Shown one piece after another: positions 24,226 to 36,467 of a stretch of 64,000 nucleotides of DNA. Positions within the stretch are counted from its first letter, which is position 1. Every line of letters starts with the position of its first letter. The notes under the pieces were generated by a model. It saw nothing but the letters and a program-made list of their open reading frames with translations, searched no databases and had not been told where the DNA came from. The stretch covers positions 1,798,001 to 1,862,000 of the forward strand of contig MU008160.1 of assembly GCA_010909165.1 (NCBI GenBank), given 5' to 3'. The position numbers and the translations under genes are program-made. This DNA is from Anthoceros angustus. Its lineage: Eukaryota > Plantae > Anthocerotophyta.

Positions 24226-24711
24226 GATCTATTTTTGGATATAGATATATTATTATTTTTTCTAATATTTTATTATATCTCAATTTATTTCAAACTTATT
24301 TTTAGAAAATTAAGTAAACAACTCAAGAATATGTACCTAATACGTTACGTGGTTTATTTATATTCTCTTCATGATGTCGGCTTAAGTTGATACACTTGCT
24401 ACATGATCAAATATTTGTTTACTAGCCTGCTGAAAGAATATTATGATGTCATATTATTTTTTTAATAAAATAACTATGTCAAGTTTCTTTTACAAGTAGA
24501 GTATTATGTTGATACGCAAAATACTATAAAGAAACAAAAGATGTGTATAATATACTTGTTCTAGATTGGCATATATGTTATGTGGTTAACAACTCCACAT
24601 GAAAATACAAGTGGAGTTGCTATTTCAAAATTGAAATTCTTGGATGTCAGTAAAGTTAAAAGACCAAAACCTATGTTCATAGAATTATCATTGAAATGAT
24701 TTTTATTCATA

Positions 24712-25188
24712 ATGAGGGTTCAATTTTTCTTCAATGTGTGTATCATTATGATACTTTCAATATGGCATGATTTAATATTAGAGGTTGTTGCTGGTAATCC
24801 GAACACTACATTAATAAACCACGAGTGTGGTGAGGGCATAGCATTAGGTGATCCTTTGCGGTTTTTTGTTTTAGCTGCACTAAATCGATTTATACAGATA
24901 GGATCAAAAGAATTCAACCCTCTTACATCTAATCCATATTACCGAGTCATGGCTATGAACGTTGCAAATTACCCAGTGTATAGATTGTTTGCAAGTCTTG
25001 TTTGCTATGCACCTAGAGAAACCATGAAATCGCTAGAAGACTGCTTCAATTGCCTCGCATATGTACAAAATGAACTTTTGATGAACCTTTGTCCTGCTAA
25101 AAGAAGTGGGCAAATTTTAGTTTTCGATTGTTTTTTGAGATACTCAGCTGATGAGCCAACATTTTGTCCGGCAACACCAACACCATAG
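24712..25188 (+). CDS. Secreted single-domain DUF26 / Gnk2-homologous (stress-antifungal) cysteine-rich protein
   Basis: Intact 158-aa ORF with a hydrophobic signal peptide. Cys pattern C...C-x12-C-x2-C...CPAKRSGQILVFDCFLRYS is like ginkbilobin-2. Confidence 0.8.
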   Translation: MRVQFFFNVCIIMILSIWHDLILEVVAGNPNTTLINHECGEGIALGDPLRFFVLAALNRFIQIGSKEFNPLTSNPYYRVMAMNVANYPVYRLFASLVCYAPRETMKSLEDCFNCLAYVQNELLMNLCPAKRSGQILVFDCFLRYSADEPTFCPATPTP

Positions 25189-26689
25189 AATTTGTGAATG
25201 GAGTTTCAAAGTAGCATCAATTCTTATTAAAGATTGCAAAAATATTAAGTTAAAAAAAACTTTCCATGTGTATGCTGGTTAAAGAATTTAGATTATTACA
25301 TTACGCATAGTTAGAACATAGGTACCTTATTAAGGCATTTGCTAAGACATCACTCATGCAAGTATGGAGGTGGGCTACGATAGATTGGCCATCCTTTGGC
25401 AACACACATGAAACAGGCCTTGGCAAACGAATATGGATAAGGCTAGGAAGTTGGATGAGACTTTTGGATGCCGTCCATGGGTCAGGGCAGGCTAGACTCC
25501 CTTGGGCTGATTATCCGTGTTCTTGTACCATGTAAATTGATTGATTGATACCCAAACAACATGAGTGATCCCTTTTTGTTCAACGTAAATGATAAACATA
25601 ATGAAATACCCCAACAACCAAAGATTGATATGGTTTTTTGAAGTGTAGCCAATTTTTTATTAATAAATAAGGGATCTTGGATGGATCTTTTTTTTCTTAG
25701 TGAAACAAATTTTAATGAATGAAGAGGGCAAAATACACTACCTATCTTAGATACAGGATAAACTGGAGGCAGTATACAATTATGAGTGTCTCGCCAATTG
25801 CAAATTAAGAGTGAGACCCACGTGCTCTAGCCTATGTATGAATCAACATATTGGCAATTTGTTGCACTAATGGGCTCAACACCACCATCCTTTTTATATT
25901 GTTCCATGCTAATTATCCTTTTTTCCGACTTGGATTTTAGAATCGCAAGTGGTGCAAAGATCAAATCGAAGTCGATATCAGGTAGCGGATCTGCTGGAAG
26001 AGCCCTTATCCAAGAGACTTGTACATCTTGCATCACAAGTGTTATGTCTGATTCAGCAAGTAAGCTTGGGGTTAGTGATCTTCTTAACAATAAAGAGTTG
26101 GACGATGTTCACTTCTATATAGAGCAATGACCTAGTAGTATTATCAAGCCCACAACCATAGTAGAAACTGTCTTCAAGATATTGATAAGTAGTGTGCAAG
26201 CACATAACCTTACCCAAGAGTGATCTTCAACTATCCCAATAGTTTTATATCGGTCTTTCTATCGCCATGAGTAGGTATAAGCTAGTCTTTTTGCAAGTGT
26301 AGATGGGTCTATAATCTTATCTCTTTCTGTTCAACAAAGTGATCATCTTAGAACATAGACAAATAATTCTATGCAAAGACTATAGTAAAGTCAAATACAA
26401 GCTTAACAAGTCACATTTAATTCATTCTATCAACCTTTTGAAAGGGCATTTATCAAACTAGTGTCATCCAAAAATTGTACTACAATGTTGAAGAGTGGGT
26501 TGGCCGTTGTGGCGTTAATTTGTGTTTAAACAACCATTTGCAGGTGACAAGTTCTCAACCTCTGAGATAAGGAACAAGTTCTAAGTTCCATTCTAAATTA
26601 GACAAAGCTCATATGTATTATATTTATGCTGAATAATAATCCTAATTTCTTATATTTTCTAATAGATTCTATTATTCTAATATTGTATT

Positions 26690-26830
26690 AATTGGAACTC
26701 CGTGGTTAAGCAACCCTGCAGACCTGGTCCTCATAGCCACGAGTTTATTAGAACTCTGTATTTAAGCAACCCTCCAGACCCTGTCCTCATACCCATGAGT
26801 TTATTGGAACTCTGTAGTTAAGCAATCCTT
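26690..26830. repeat. ~59-bp tandem repeat, ~2.5 copies
   Basis: TT(G/A)GAACTC...TTAAGCAACCCT...CCTCATA...GAGTTTA recurs. Confidence 0.8.
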
Positions 26831-27039
26831 TAGACAGATCATTGTTGGGATGGGGTACCTCTGACCCCCGATTACTTTGGCCCTTGGTGGCCTACCCTAT
26901 TCTAAATGCCTTCGGGGCTGCTTCATTTATGATCTTTGCTCTCTCGCCTGCGAAAAGAGCTGTTGTTGTTAGGTCGAAGGGCCGCCTAATCTGTGATCTA
27001 TTTTATCTCGCCCACAAAAAGGGCTATTGTAGTAATGTT

Positions 27040-27325
27040 TTGAAGCCCGTTGAGGCCGTTGATGTAATTAAGGTTCTAAAGCTTTATTCTTTGGGATCCT
27101 CTAGAAGCCGTTTGAGGCTGCTGATGTATGGTTCTCAAGCTTTATTCTTTGGGATCCTCTAAAAGCCCTTTGAGGCTGCTGATGTATGGTTCTCAAGCTT
27201 TATTCTTTGGGATCCTCTAAAAGCCCTTTGAGGCTGCTGATATAAGGTTCTAAAGGCCTTCGGTGTCCTCTAAATGCCCTCTGAGGCTACCGATGTAAGG
27301 CTCTTAAGCCCTTTTGGATCCTCTA
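27040..27325. repeat. ~58-bp tandem repeat, ~5 copies
   Basis: GCCCTTTGAGGCTGCTGATGTATGGTTCTCAAGCTTTATTCTTTGGGATCCTCTAAAA; the central copies are identical. Confidence 0.9.
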
Positions 27326-28180
27326 AATTAATTAGAATGAAAATACCCGATCAAATTCTCCAAAAAACAAACCCTAAACTCACAGCACGGTAGCATGGTA
27401 GCCCGACCTCTTGACCTGTTGGCGGACCGCACCTACCATGGTCAACCGCACACCACAATGCTCCACCCCGCAAACCCCAGACCCCTAGAGCTCCTAGGTC
27501 GAACTTCCCACGCAAATCCGCACCCGGGAGACCCCATGCATGGAATGTAGCAGCCTCGGCTTCGTGCGAGACCTACACAGCATACAGTGTAGGCTTTGCG
27601 TCCCCCAACATCGCTCCCCCACTTGACTACCTGCTGTCTTGCATAATGGTATATAAGGGTAAACCCAATGTTACCCATCAATTTGTGCGGTTTCCGTAGT
27701 TGCCCGTGTAGTTGTAATAGTTACGAAACAATTACCTAACACTCTGTACATTACTCTCATCATTTCAAAATACTCTCTTGTGGCTCGTTCGCAAGGACGC
27801 AAAGAGCATTGTCTTCTCATAGCAAGATCTTTCATCAATCCTTAAATCACCAATCTGCAACGCCTTCACGCTCCAAAGGAATTGATCGACTGTCTCGCCG
27901 AATCCATCCAGATTCTTCTTGAGATTTGTCAAGATCATCTTTTTGCTTTGAGTCTTGACATAGACATGACCATGGCAGGCAGACGTTCTTTTGCACAACT
28001 CTAAGATAACAAGCTGCATGCAACCTAAGGAGGAGCATCCAGAGAAGGGCGACACATTAAATTTATCTTTCCTTTCCTACGATTCCGACTCTGAGTCAGT
28101 TGAATACTCAACTTTTCATGACTTTTCTCCTCATGTAGTGCAGGCTAGGTTAATTCTATAGGCTAAGTCACTATACAAAT

Positions 28181-31120
28181 TGGTGAGTAACACCGTCCTA
28201 GCAAATATGTCAGGTGGTATTCCTACACCTACCCCTAGAGTCACTCCAAGTATCATTTGTTCCTCTCAAGATAGAATTCAGGGACAAAGATAAGTTTAAT
28301 GATACCGATTATGCTATTTGGTCCATGAGGCTAACGCGGATCTTTGAAGAAAATGAGTTGATGGGCGTTGTAGACGGCTTTGAAGTCTGTCTTGCATCCC
28401 CACCAGAAGATGTTAACTTAGCCTGGCAGCGGAGGGACAGGAGGGCCCGATCAATCTTAATCGCTTCCCTAGATAGAACAATGATGCCCAATACCATCCA
28501 CCTCGAATGCTGTGCGGAAGGCATTTAAACTCATTTACGAAGAGCTCATCCTCCATGATGCATGCATATCGTGATTCCTTTAACTTACGGATGAAGGACA
28601 CTGAGCCTGTTGAGGGGTACATATACCAATTTAGGACTCTGAGGGCTAACTTGTCTTGTTGTGGCACTGTATTAACAAACGTTCATGAGGCTGCTGTCAG
28701 CCTTCTTGATTCTTTGCCGGATACCTACAGCTAGTAGGTGAGTTCTCAAAATGCAAAAATAAGAGCAGCAGTTCAAGCAGCAACTGCTGGTAGCACACCT
28801 GCTATTATATTGGAAGAGGTCCTTGGTGCACTCCTCGTGGAAGAAAGATCAAGGACTCTACAAAGAATCGAGATTCCATAGGCAACAACAACAATCGAGT
28901 GTTGTTTGCCTCTCGTGTGCATGGCAGATACCGAGGATGAGGCCGTGGGAGAGGCTTGTTTAATCAGTCTTCATCAAGACAACCCAACTTGCAGAAGAAA
29001 GCCTTTACATGCAATTGGTGTAAAATACTGGGGCATTACGAGAGGGATTGCAGAAAGAAGAAAAATGGTGAACCCAAGGGGGAGTCAACCCTTCTTGACT
29101 TGTGTTGCTAGGGGATTATAGCGGGCTATTGATCAAGGGAATAGGTATTTTCATCATAAAGCTATCTAGTCATAGGAGTCTCATTCTCATTGGAGTGCTT
29201 TATGTCCCTGCTATGACGAAGAACCTCATGTTAGTTTACAAACATGCCTTGTGTGTGTGTTTGATTCACCTACATATGCTTTTATTCTCTCTGAGCTACG
29301 CACCACGCTAGATTCTAAGGCACATTGACGCATTTTTGTTGCCTATTCTGATGACGTGAATTGGGCTACAAGCTGTTTGATCCTGATCCTCGCTTATGAC
29401 TATTTCCATAAGTGTTGTCTTTGATGAAAATGCCGTCCTTCGAAGGAGGGCATTGAACCCTCATTCTGTGCACATAATGAGGGTTCTTCCTTGATTTATG
29501 GAGTTCAAGTTGATGAGCCCCTTGACTCTGTGGATGTATGAGGTGACTCTAGGTTCAAAGGTGGACACTATGTAGCCATAGCTAGCACCTGTACACCCAC
29601 AACCAAGAGCTGTATGGCAAATACCTGAAGATTCAATAGTCGCAAAAGAGCTTTTTCCCCTTTTTATTGATGCTGAAGTTGTTGAATTTGCTGATGAAGT
29701 TGCTGACCCTGAGCACTTACCCCTTCCTCCATGGTAGACCTACTAGAAGAGGACATCTATATATGTCAGCTGAAGGCTACATAAAAAATACCGACAAGGT
29801 TCTGAAACTCCCAAAGACCTTGCCTTGGCTATTCGCAATCTTTCGGGGGCCTGGAATGAGGTCTTTCACCAAGAGCTAGGTTTTATTTGCCTTGATGTTG
29901 ATAATAGCATGTACATCCTATGTGAAGGACAAGACTTCATTATACTTTCTGTTTACGTCGATGATAATTTCCTGTTTAGTACGTCAGCTGCCTTAATGGA
30001 TAAGGTTAAGAGAATCCTACTTATCAGATTCGAAATGAGTGATTTGGGTGAACTCTTCTTTTCCTTAGGAGTGCATTTTCACTTCAATCATGCAGACCAT
30101 ACAATAGACATCCAGCAAGAGCACTTTGTCAAGCGCTATTACATTGTTTCCAAATGGAAGATGCAAAATCAGTGACAACTCTCATGGCAGCGGGAGAGAA
30201 GTTGTCCAAGGAACATTCATCTACCACTCTGGTCGAGCAGGAAGAGATGGCTAAGAAGCCATGACCGCAAGCTGTTGGTTGCTTGCTGTATTTGGTTGGG
30301 TGGACAAGATTATATATCAGCAGGGTTGTTAGTTGAGTTAGCCCGTTCTTTGAAAATCTCGGTATGGAACATTGGACTGCCATGAAGAGAATATTTCATC
30401 AAGTAAAGGGAACACCAAGGCGGGGCCTCAAGTATTCTAAGCAGCCAGACGGACTTGGGCTTTCTACTTTCTATGATGCTTATTGGGCAGGGGACCCAGA
30501 TACTCGAAAGAGTGTGGGAGCATAGTGGTGTTTAGTGGTGTTCTGATCAAGCAAGAAGATGCCTACTTTCGCCTCCAAAGACCAAGGGGCCTCAAGTATT
30601 CTAAGCCTGCACGGACTTGGGCTTTCTACTTTCTATGATGCTTATTGGGCGGGACCCGTGACAAAAAGAGTGGAGCATAGTGGTGTTTAGTGGTGTTCGA
30701 TCAAGCAAGAAGATGCCTACTTTCGCCTCCAAAGACCAAGGTGGATAACAAGCAACTCGAGAGATCTTATGCATTCGCACCTTTCTTAAAGGTTAGGCCA
30801 ACTCCTAGCCCCAACTTGATCGCTCGTGACAACCAACACCATCGCTCTTCCTCGCAACCACGTTGTCCATGCGAGATCGGAGCATATAGAAATCTCTCAC
30901 CGCTTTGGTATGACAGCAATGGACAACAAGGAGGTGTTTGTAGAGTATATACCGACAAGTGAGAATGTAGTGATTTCTTATTAAAGCCTTGCCTAAATTA
31001 GTACATGAACGACGTGACACCTTTTGTCACCGGTGTCCATAGCTTTTAGCGCTTCTCAAAGTTGGGATTATGCACTAAGTTCTAATTGTCTTTAGCTTTG
31101 TGAAGCTTAGCTTGGGGGGG
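28181..31120 (+). mobile_element. Internally deleted, decayed Ty1/Copia LTR retrotransposon
   Basis: Gag KFNDTDYAIWSMRLTRIFEENELMGVVDG. Zinc knuckle CNWCKILGHYERDC at ~29010. VLYVPAMTKNL. RT VYVDD...FEMSDLGEL. RNase H YDAYWAGDPDTRKS. G-run PPT at ~31113. The LTR pair was not resolved. Confidence 0.85.
30420..30745. repeat. ~163-bp tandem duplication in the Copia RNase H region
   Basis: GGGGCCTCAAGTATTCTAAGC occurs at ~30423 and ~30586, with junction microhomology ACCAAGG. Confidence 0.85.
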
Positions 31121-34100
31121 GACTTTGCTTCATCATTATCTGGATATTCTTCCTTGTCTCCTCTCCAATCTCAACGGTTTCCTTGAAGGTCAGAGTAGTG
31201 GACTATTGGTTTTCTCTCTGTACATGCACTCAGCTACGCAGCACACAAGGAAGTCACTTCTTGCTGTTAGTCATTTGCGGCTTCAATTTTTCTTTGCCAC
31301 TCGCAGCACTTTCTTCTATGTCTTGGTCTTTGTTTTCCACTGCTTCCAACCTTTTGTTCAGCCTGCATAGCCTTAGCATCCAACCTCGTAGCCTTACCTT
31401 CAGTTTTCTAATTCCTCACTTCAGTCCCAAGTAAGTATCTTGAAGATAGGGCCTGCAGAGATCTCTCCATTTGAGTCCATGGGTAGTGATTTGCTCACGA
31501 GATCCTCGTTTGTTATCATCATTCCTCTCCTCTATGACTAGGCTTGAAGAGATCAGCATGAAAAGTTGCATACACTTGTCGTAGATGCCTATTGAAATCA
31601 AGTTCTTGCTTCTTTTTGGTAGATTTAGCTTTGGGCATCTCCACCAGCTCTGTGACATTGAGAGGAGCATCGAACTACACCAGATTTTTATCCTCCACGA
31701 ACATGGTGTGAAGACCAGCTTGGCGACCACCGTAGAGAATATGATGGAAGACACCCAAAACCTTTCACACCCAAGGCATTTCAACCCTAGCTACAAGTTC
31801 AAGATTTTTGCACAATGTATGGGACTGAGAGACAAAGCGAGGACCGCAGCGTTCACTAATTCTTAATTTACTTTTAGGTCTAGGCGTTACCCTTATCAAT
31901 ACGAATCCTTCAAAACAAATTATAATACCATTATTAGTGAGTACAGTCACTAATTCTTGATTTACTTTTAGGTTTAGGTGTTATTTAAATATAACATAAC
32001 ATAATTGTCCAAGACATGGACAATTATGTTATGTTGAATGCAACTCTTAACCTTCTCTAGGTTGAGCACATCTAAAATTATGTATCCGAGAGCTTTGTGT
32101 ATCCGCTCAATGGTTAGGGCTGCAGTGGTAGAGTGCGATAAAGGATTCTAGTTGCTCGAGTCTTGATGCCATCCGCAAGTTGGAGGATGATGGTAGGCGG
32201 TGGCAAGAGAGCAATCGAGAGAGCATCCACAAGAGAGTATTTGGAATTGATGATACGACACTAATGTATAGAGTGTTTAGTGGTGTTCGATCAAGCAAGA
32301 AGATGCCTACGCCTCCAAAGACCGGGTGATAACAAGCAACTCGAGAGATCTTATGCATTCGCACCTTTCTTAAAGGTTAGGCCAACTCCTAGCCAGTCCA
32401 ACTTGACTGTTCTGTGACAACCAGTCAGCCATCGCTCTTCCTCGCAACCACGTTGTCCATGCGAGATCGGAGCATATAGAAATCTCTCACCGTTTGGTAT
32501 GACAGGCAATGGACAACAAGGAGGTGTTTGTAGAGTATATACCGACAAGTGAGAATGTAGCTGATTTCTTATTAAAGCCTTGCCTAAATTAGTACATGAA
32601 CGACGTGACACCTTTGCTGCTGGTGTCCAGCAGTTTTTAGCAGTTCTCAAAGTTGGGATTGCGCACTAAGTTCTAATTGTCTTTAGCTTTGTGAAGCTTA
32701 GCTTGGGGGGGGACTTTGCTTCATCATTATCTGGATATTCTTCCTTGTCTCCTCTCCAATCTCAACGGTTTCCTTGAAGGCTGTATAGTAGACTGGACTA
32801 TTGGTTTTCTCTCTGTACATGCACTCAGCTACGCAGCACACAAGGAAGTCACTTCTTGCTGTTAGTCATTTGCGGCTTCAATTTTTCTTTGCCACTGCAA
32901 AGACTTTCTTCTATGTCTTGGTCTTTGTTTTCCACTGCTTCCAACCTTTTGTTCAGCCTGCATAGCCTTAGCATCCAACCTCGTAGCCTTGGGTTTCTAA
33001 TTCCTCACTTGACCCCAAGTAAGTATCTTGAAGATAGGGCTGCGAGATCTCTCCATTTGAGTCCATGGGTAGTGATTTGCTCACGAGATCCTCGTTTGTT
33101 ATCATCATTCCTCTCTCCTCTATGACTAGGCTTGAAGAGATCAAGATGAAAAGTTGCATACACTTGTCGTAGATGCCTATTGAAATCAAGTTCTTGCTTC
33201 TTTTTGGTAGATTTAGCTTTGGGCATCTCCACCAGCTCTGTGACATTGAGAGGAGCATCGAACTACACCAGATTTTTATCCTCACAGAACATGGTGTGAA
33301 GACCAGCTTGGCGACCACCGTAGAGAATATGATGGAAGACACCCAAAACCTTTCACACCCAAGGCATTTCAACCCTAGCTACAAGTTCAAGATTTTTGCA
33401 CAATGTATGGGACTGAGAGACAAAGCGAGGACTGCAGCGTTCACTAATTCTTAATTTACTTTTAGGTCTAGGCGTTACCCTTATCAATACGAATCCTTCA
33501 AAACAAATTATAATACCATTATTAGTGAGTACAGTCACTAATTCTTGATTTACTTTTAGGTTTAGGTGTTATTTAAATATAACATAACATAATTGTCCAA
33601 GACATGGACAATTATGTTATGTTGAATGCAACTCTTAACCTTCTCTAGGTTGAGCACATCTAAAATTATGTATCCGAGAGCTTTGTGTATCCGCTCAATG
33701 GTTAGGGCTGCAGTGGTAGAGTGCGATAAAGGATTCTAGTTGCTCGAGTCTTGATGCCATCCGCAAGTTGGAGGATGATGGTAGGCGGTGGCAAGAGAGC
33801 AATCGAGAGAGCATCCACAAGAGAGTATTTGGAATTGATGATACGACACTAATGTATAGAGTGTTTAGTTCTTGCTTCTTTTGGTAGATTTAGCTTTGGG
33901 CATCTCCACCACCTTGTGACATTGAGAGGAGCATCGAACTACACCAGATTTTTATCCTCACAGAACATGGTGTGAAGACCAGCTTGGCGACCACCGTAGA
34001 GAATATGATGGAAGACACCCAAAACCTTTCACACCCAAGGCATTTCAACCCTAGCTACAAGTTCAAGATTTTTTGCACAACAGAAGTGGGACCTGGAGAG

Positions 34101-34560
34101 ACAAAGCGAGGACTGCACTGACGTTCACTAATTCTTAATTTACTTTTAGGTCTAGGCGTTACCCTTATCAATACGAATCCTTCAAAAACAAATTATAATA
34201 CCATTATTAGTGAGTACACAGTCACTAATTCTTGATTTACTTTTAGGTTTAGGTGTTACTCTTATAACATAACATAATTGTCCAAGACATGGACAATTAT
34301 GTTATGTTGAATGCAACTCTTAACCTTCTCTAGGTTGAGCACATCTAAAATTATGTGTATCTGAGAGCTTTGTGTATCCGTTCAATGGTTAGGAGCTGCA
34401 GGTGGTAGAGTGCGATAAAGGATTCTAGTTGCCTGGAGTCTTGATGCCATCTGCAAGTTGGAGGATGATGGTAGGCGGTGGCCGAAGAGAGCAATCGAGA
34501 GAGCATCCACAAGAGAGTATTTGGAATTGATGATACAGACACTAATGTATAGAGTGTTTG
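30683..34560. repeat. ~1.59-kb tandem duplication (two copies plus a ~0.7-kb partial third copy)
   Basis: 30683..32272 matches 32273..33868, and 33869..34560 repeats the distal part. Junction microhomology GTGTTTAG. Confidence 0.9.
31993..32035. repeat. Perfect 19-bp inverted repeat with a 5-nt loop (also at 33581..33623 and 34266..34308)
   Basis: AACATAACATAATTGTCCA-AGACA-TGGACAATTATGTTATGTT. Confidence 0.9.
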
Positions 34561-35544
34561 GTTACTGTTTTATAACTGCTGCAACTACATAGGCAACTAC
34601 GAAAACCGCTCAAACTGATGGGTAACATTGGGCTTACTTTTATCTACCACTACTCCCACTTAGTTCACGTATAGTTCATTGAACCACGAATTCAGAAACC
34701 GCATTGAAGATGTGCAGTATTGAAACAAGTTGGGCCTCAATAGCATTCAGGCGGTTATTTGCATCTGCTATATATATCCTTGTATCTTCTTCTCCTTATG
34801 TACTAACTTATATTGTAATATATTTTTGTGTAGTATCAATTCATTATATGGCTGTGTTAGATGGGAACAAATTTAGCTTACGTAAATCTAATTATACATT
34901 TTGGTTGTCCATGGAACGTGGATTCGACATGGGCGACCACGAGGGCTAGTCCCCCTGGTGCCCTCCTTAGGGTTGTTCTGTTTGGTCTCGGGGTAGATGA
35001 GAATTCCCATCTTTTTTTTTTACACAAAGTTTTCGCATTCCAGGGAACGTGGATTCACATAAGGGTAATGGTTGTTATGTTAGCCTTAGATTTTGAGAAG
35101 GACGTGAAGTATGGATGAATATGTACTCAAAATCGGAAGCAACAAAGCACCCAAAAAATAAGGTAATTGGTTGGAGCTCCTGCAATCTACATCGGTAGTA
35201 GAGAAAATTAGGACTTCAATGAAAAAAAGGGCAAACAACCAGAGCAACAAACTGTATGGTCGCTTTATTGGCAAATGCAAAACTGTCCCAGGACTCTCCT
35301 AAAAGCCGCTTCGAGATGGTTACAGGACACCAGTTGGTCAACAACAAGTGTTCCAACGGACTCCCGCGCCCGCAGGCCTCCACTGCCCCATGTTTGGTTG
35401 CTACTCAACCCATAATGGGGAATAAAGAACTGTGAACAAACAAACATGGGCTTGTCCTATTGCTTGGTCTCCCCGATTTCCCAATAATGGGCTGCATCGA
35501 ACCAAGAACGTTTTCCATGCCTCCCGAGAGCGCGAAAAAGCCAC

Positions 35545-35650
35545 TGCCGGGCTTGGCTGGGCTGGGCTGGGCTGAGCTGAGCTGAGCTTGTTTACAGAAA
35601 ACTTCCTGCCACCCGGTTTCCGGTTTCCGGTTCCCGCTTCCCGCTTCCTG
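35545..35650. repeat. Short simple repeats (GGGCT/GAGCT)n and (CCGGTTT/CCCGCTT)n
   Basis: Directly visible upstream of a CCTATATAAT TATA-like site at ~35772. Confidence 0.7.
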
Positions 35651-36467
35651 CCCATTTTGTAATGTTTTCCTTCATGCAATTACGCTTTCTGTTGTGTTGT
35701 GTCGTTGTGTCCCGAGCTTGTCCTTTGTGCCCCACATGCTGCAGCAGGCCCTTTCTCGAGAGCCGGTGGCCCCTATATAATCGCGTCCTTCGCCAGAGCC
35801 TCTACCTCAGGAAGACGCGAGGAAGGCCCTTCGCTCGAGACCATCTCGGCTGCCAGCTTAACCCGAATTCCAGACTCCGCCGGCCGGCCGTCGGAGAGCA
35901 CAAGGCGCTCCCGGATCTGTTGCTTTGCGCTGCCGCCAGGTGTGTGCTCTCTCCCCACCTTCTGCCTAATGCCGGCGGTCCAGTCTGCGCGCGCGTTGTG
36001 TGATCTGTCTGCCAGCGTCGGCACTGCTTGCTTCGCCACTGCAGCTCGGGATTTGCTCTGCTTGCTCATAAATTGGTGTCTCGCGGGAGTCGTGATATGC
36101 TGCTTGCCCTGTTCCAACGCTTCCTTGCTTTCTCTTCTGTCTATGAGGCAACGGCAGAAGTGCAAGTGCTTGCACTTCCGGTCTCTCAATCTTTGTCGGA
36201 GACAGTAGGTTGCGGTGATCAGCTGTGGATGAATTACATATTGAGCAGACGCTCGAGGTGGCCGCTGCTGATATTGAGATTCATGTTGGCTAAGCAGAGG
36301 AGGAGGAAGCTCGAAAAAAGACTGAGGCAGTGGAGGAGGATAGATCTCTTCTCCGCATTCCAAGATCAGCCGCCGCGGTAGCCTCCACAAGCAGAGGCCC
36401 GGATCGCGCAGTGGAGGAGCCGGAAAGCCGATCTCGGGCAGTCTTCAGACCGTCCTTGCACGCAAAG

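Noticed and set aside
26690-27325. 58/59-bp arrays as CRISPR-like repeats
   Set aside because: The units are head-to-tail with no unique spacers, there are no cas genes, and the context is eukaryotic.
35699-36390. Overlapping 169-aa (+) and 205-aa (-) ORFs upstream of the STIG1-like gene
   Set aside because: No recognisable motifs; most likely 5' UTR or promoter sequence open by chance.
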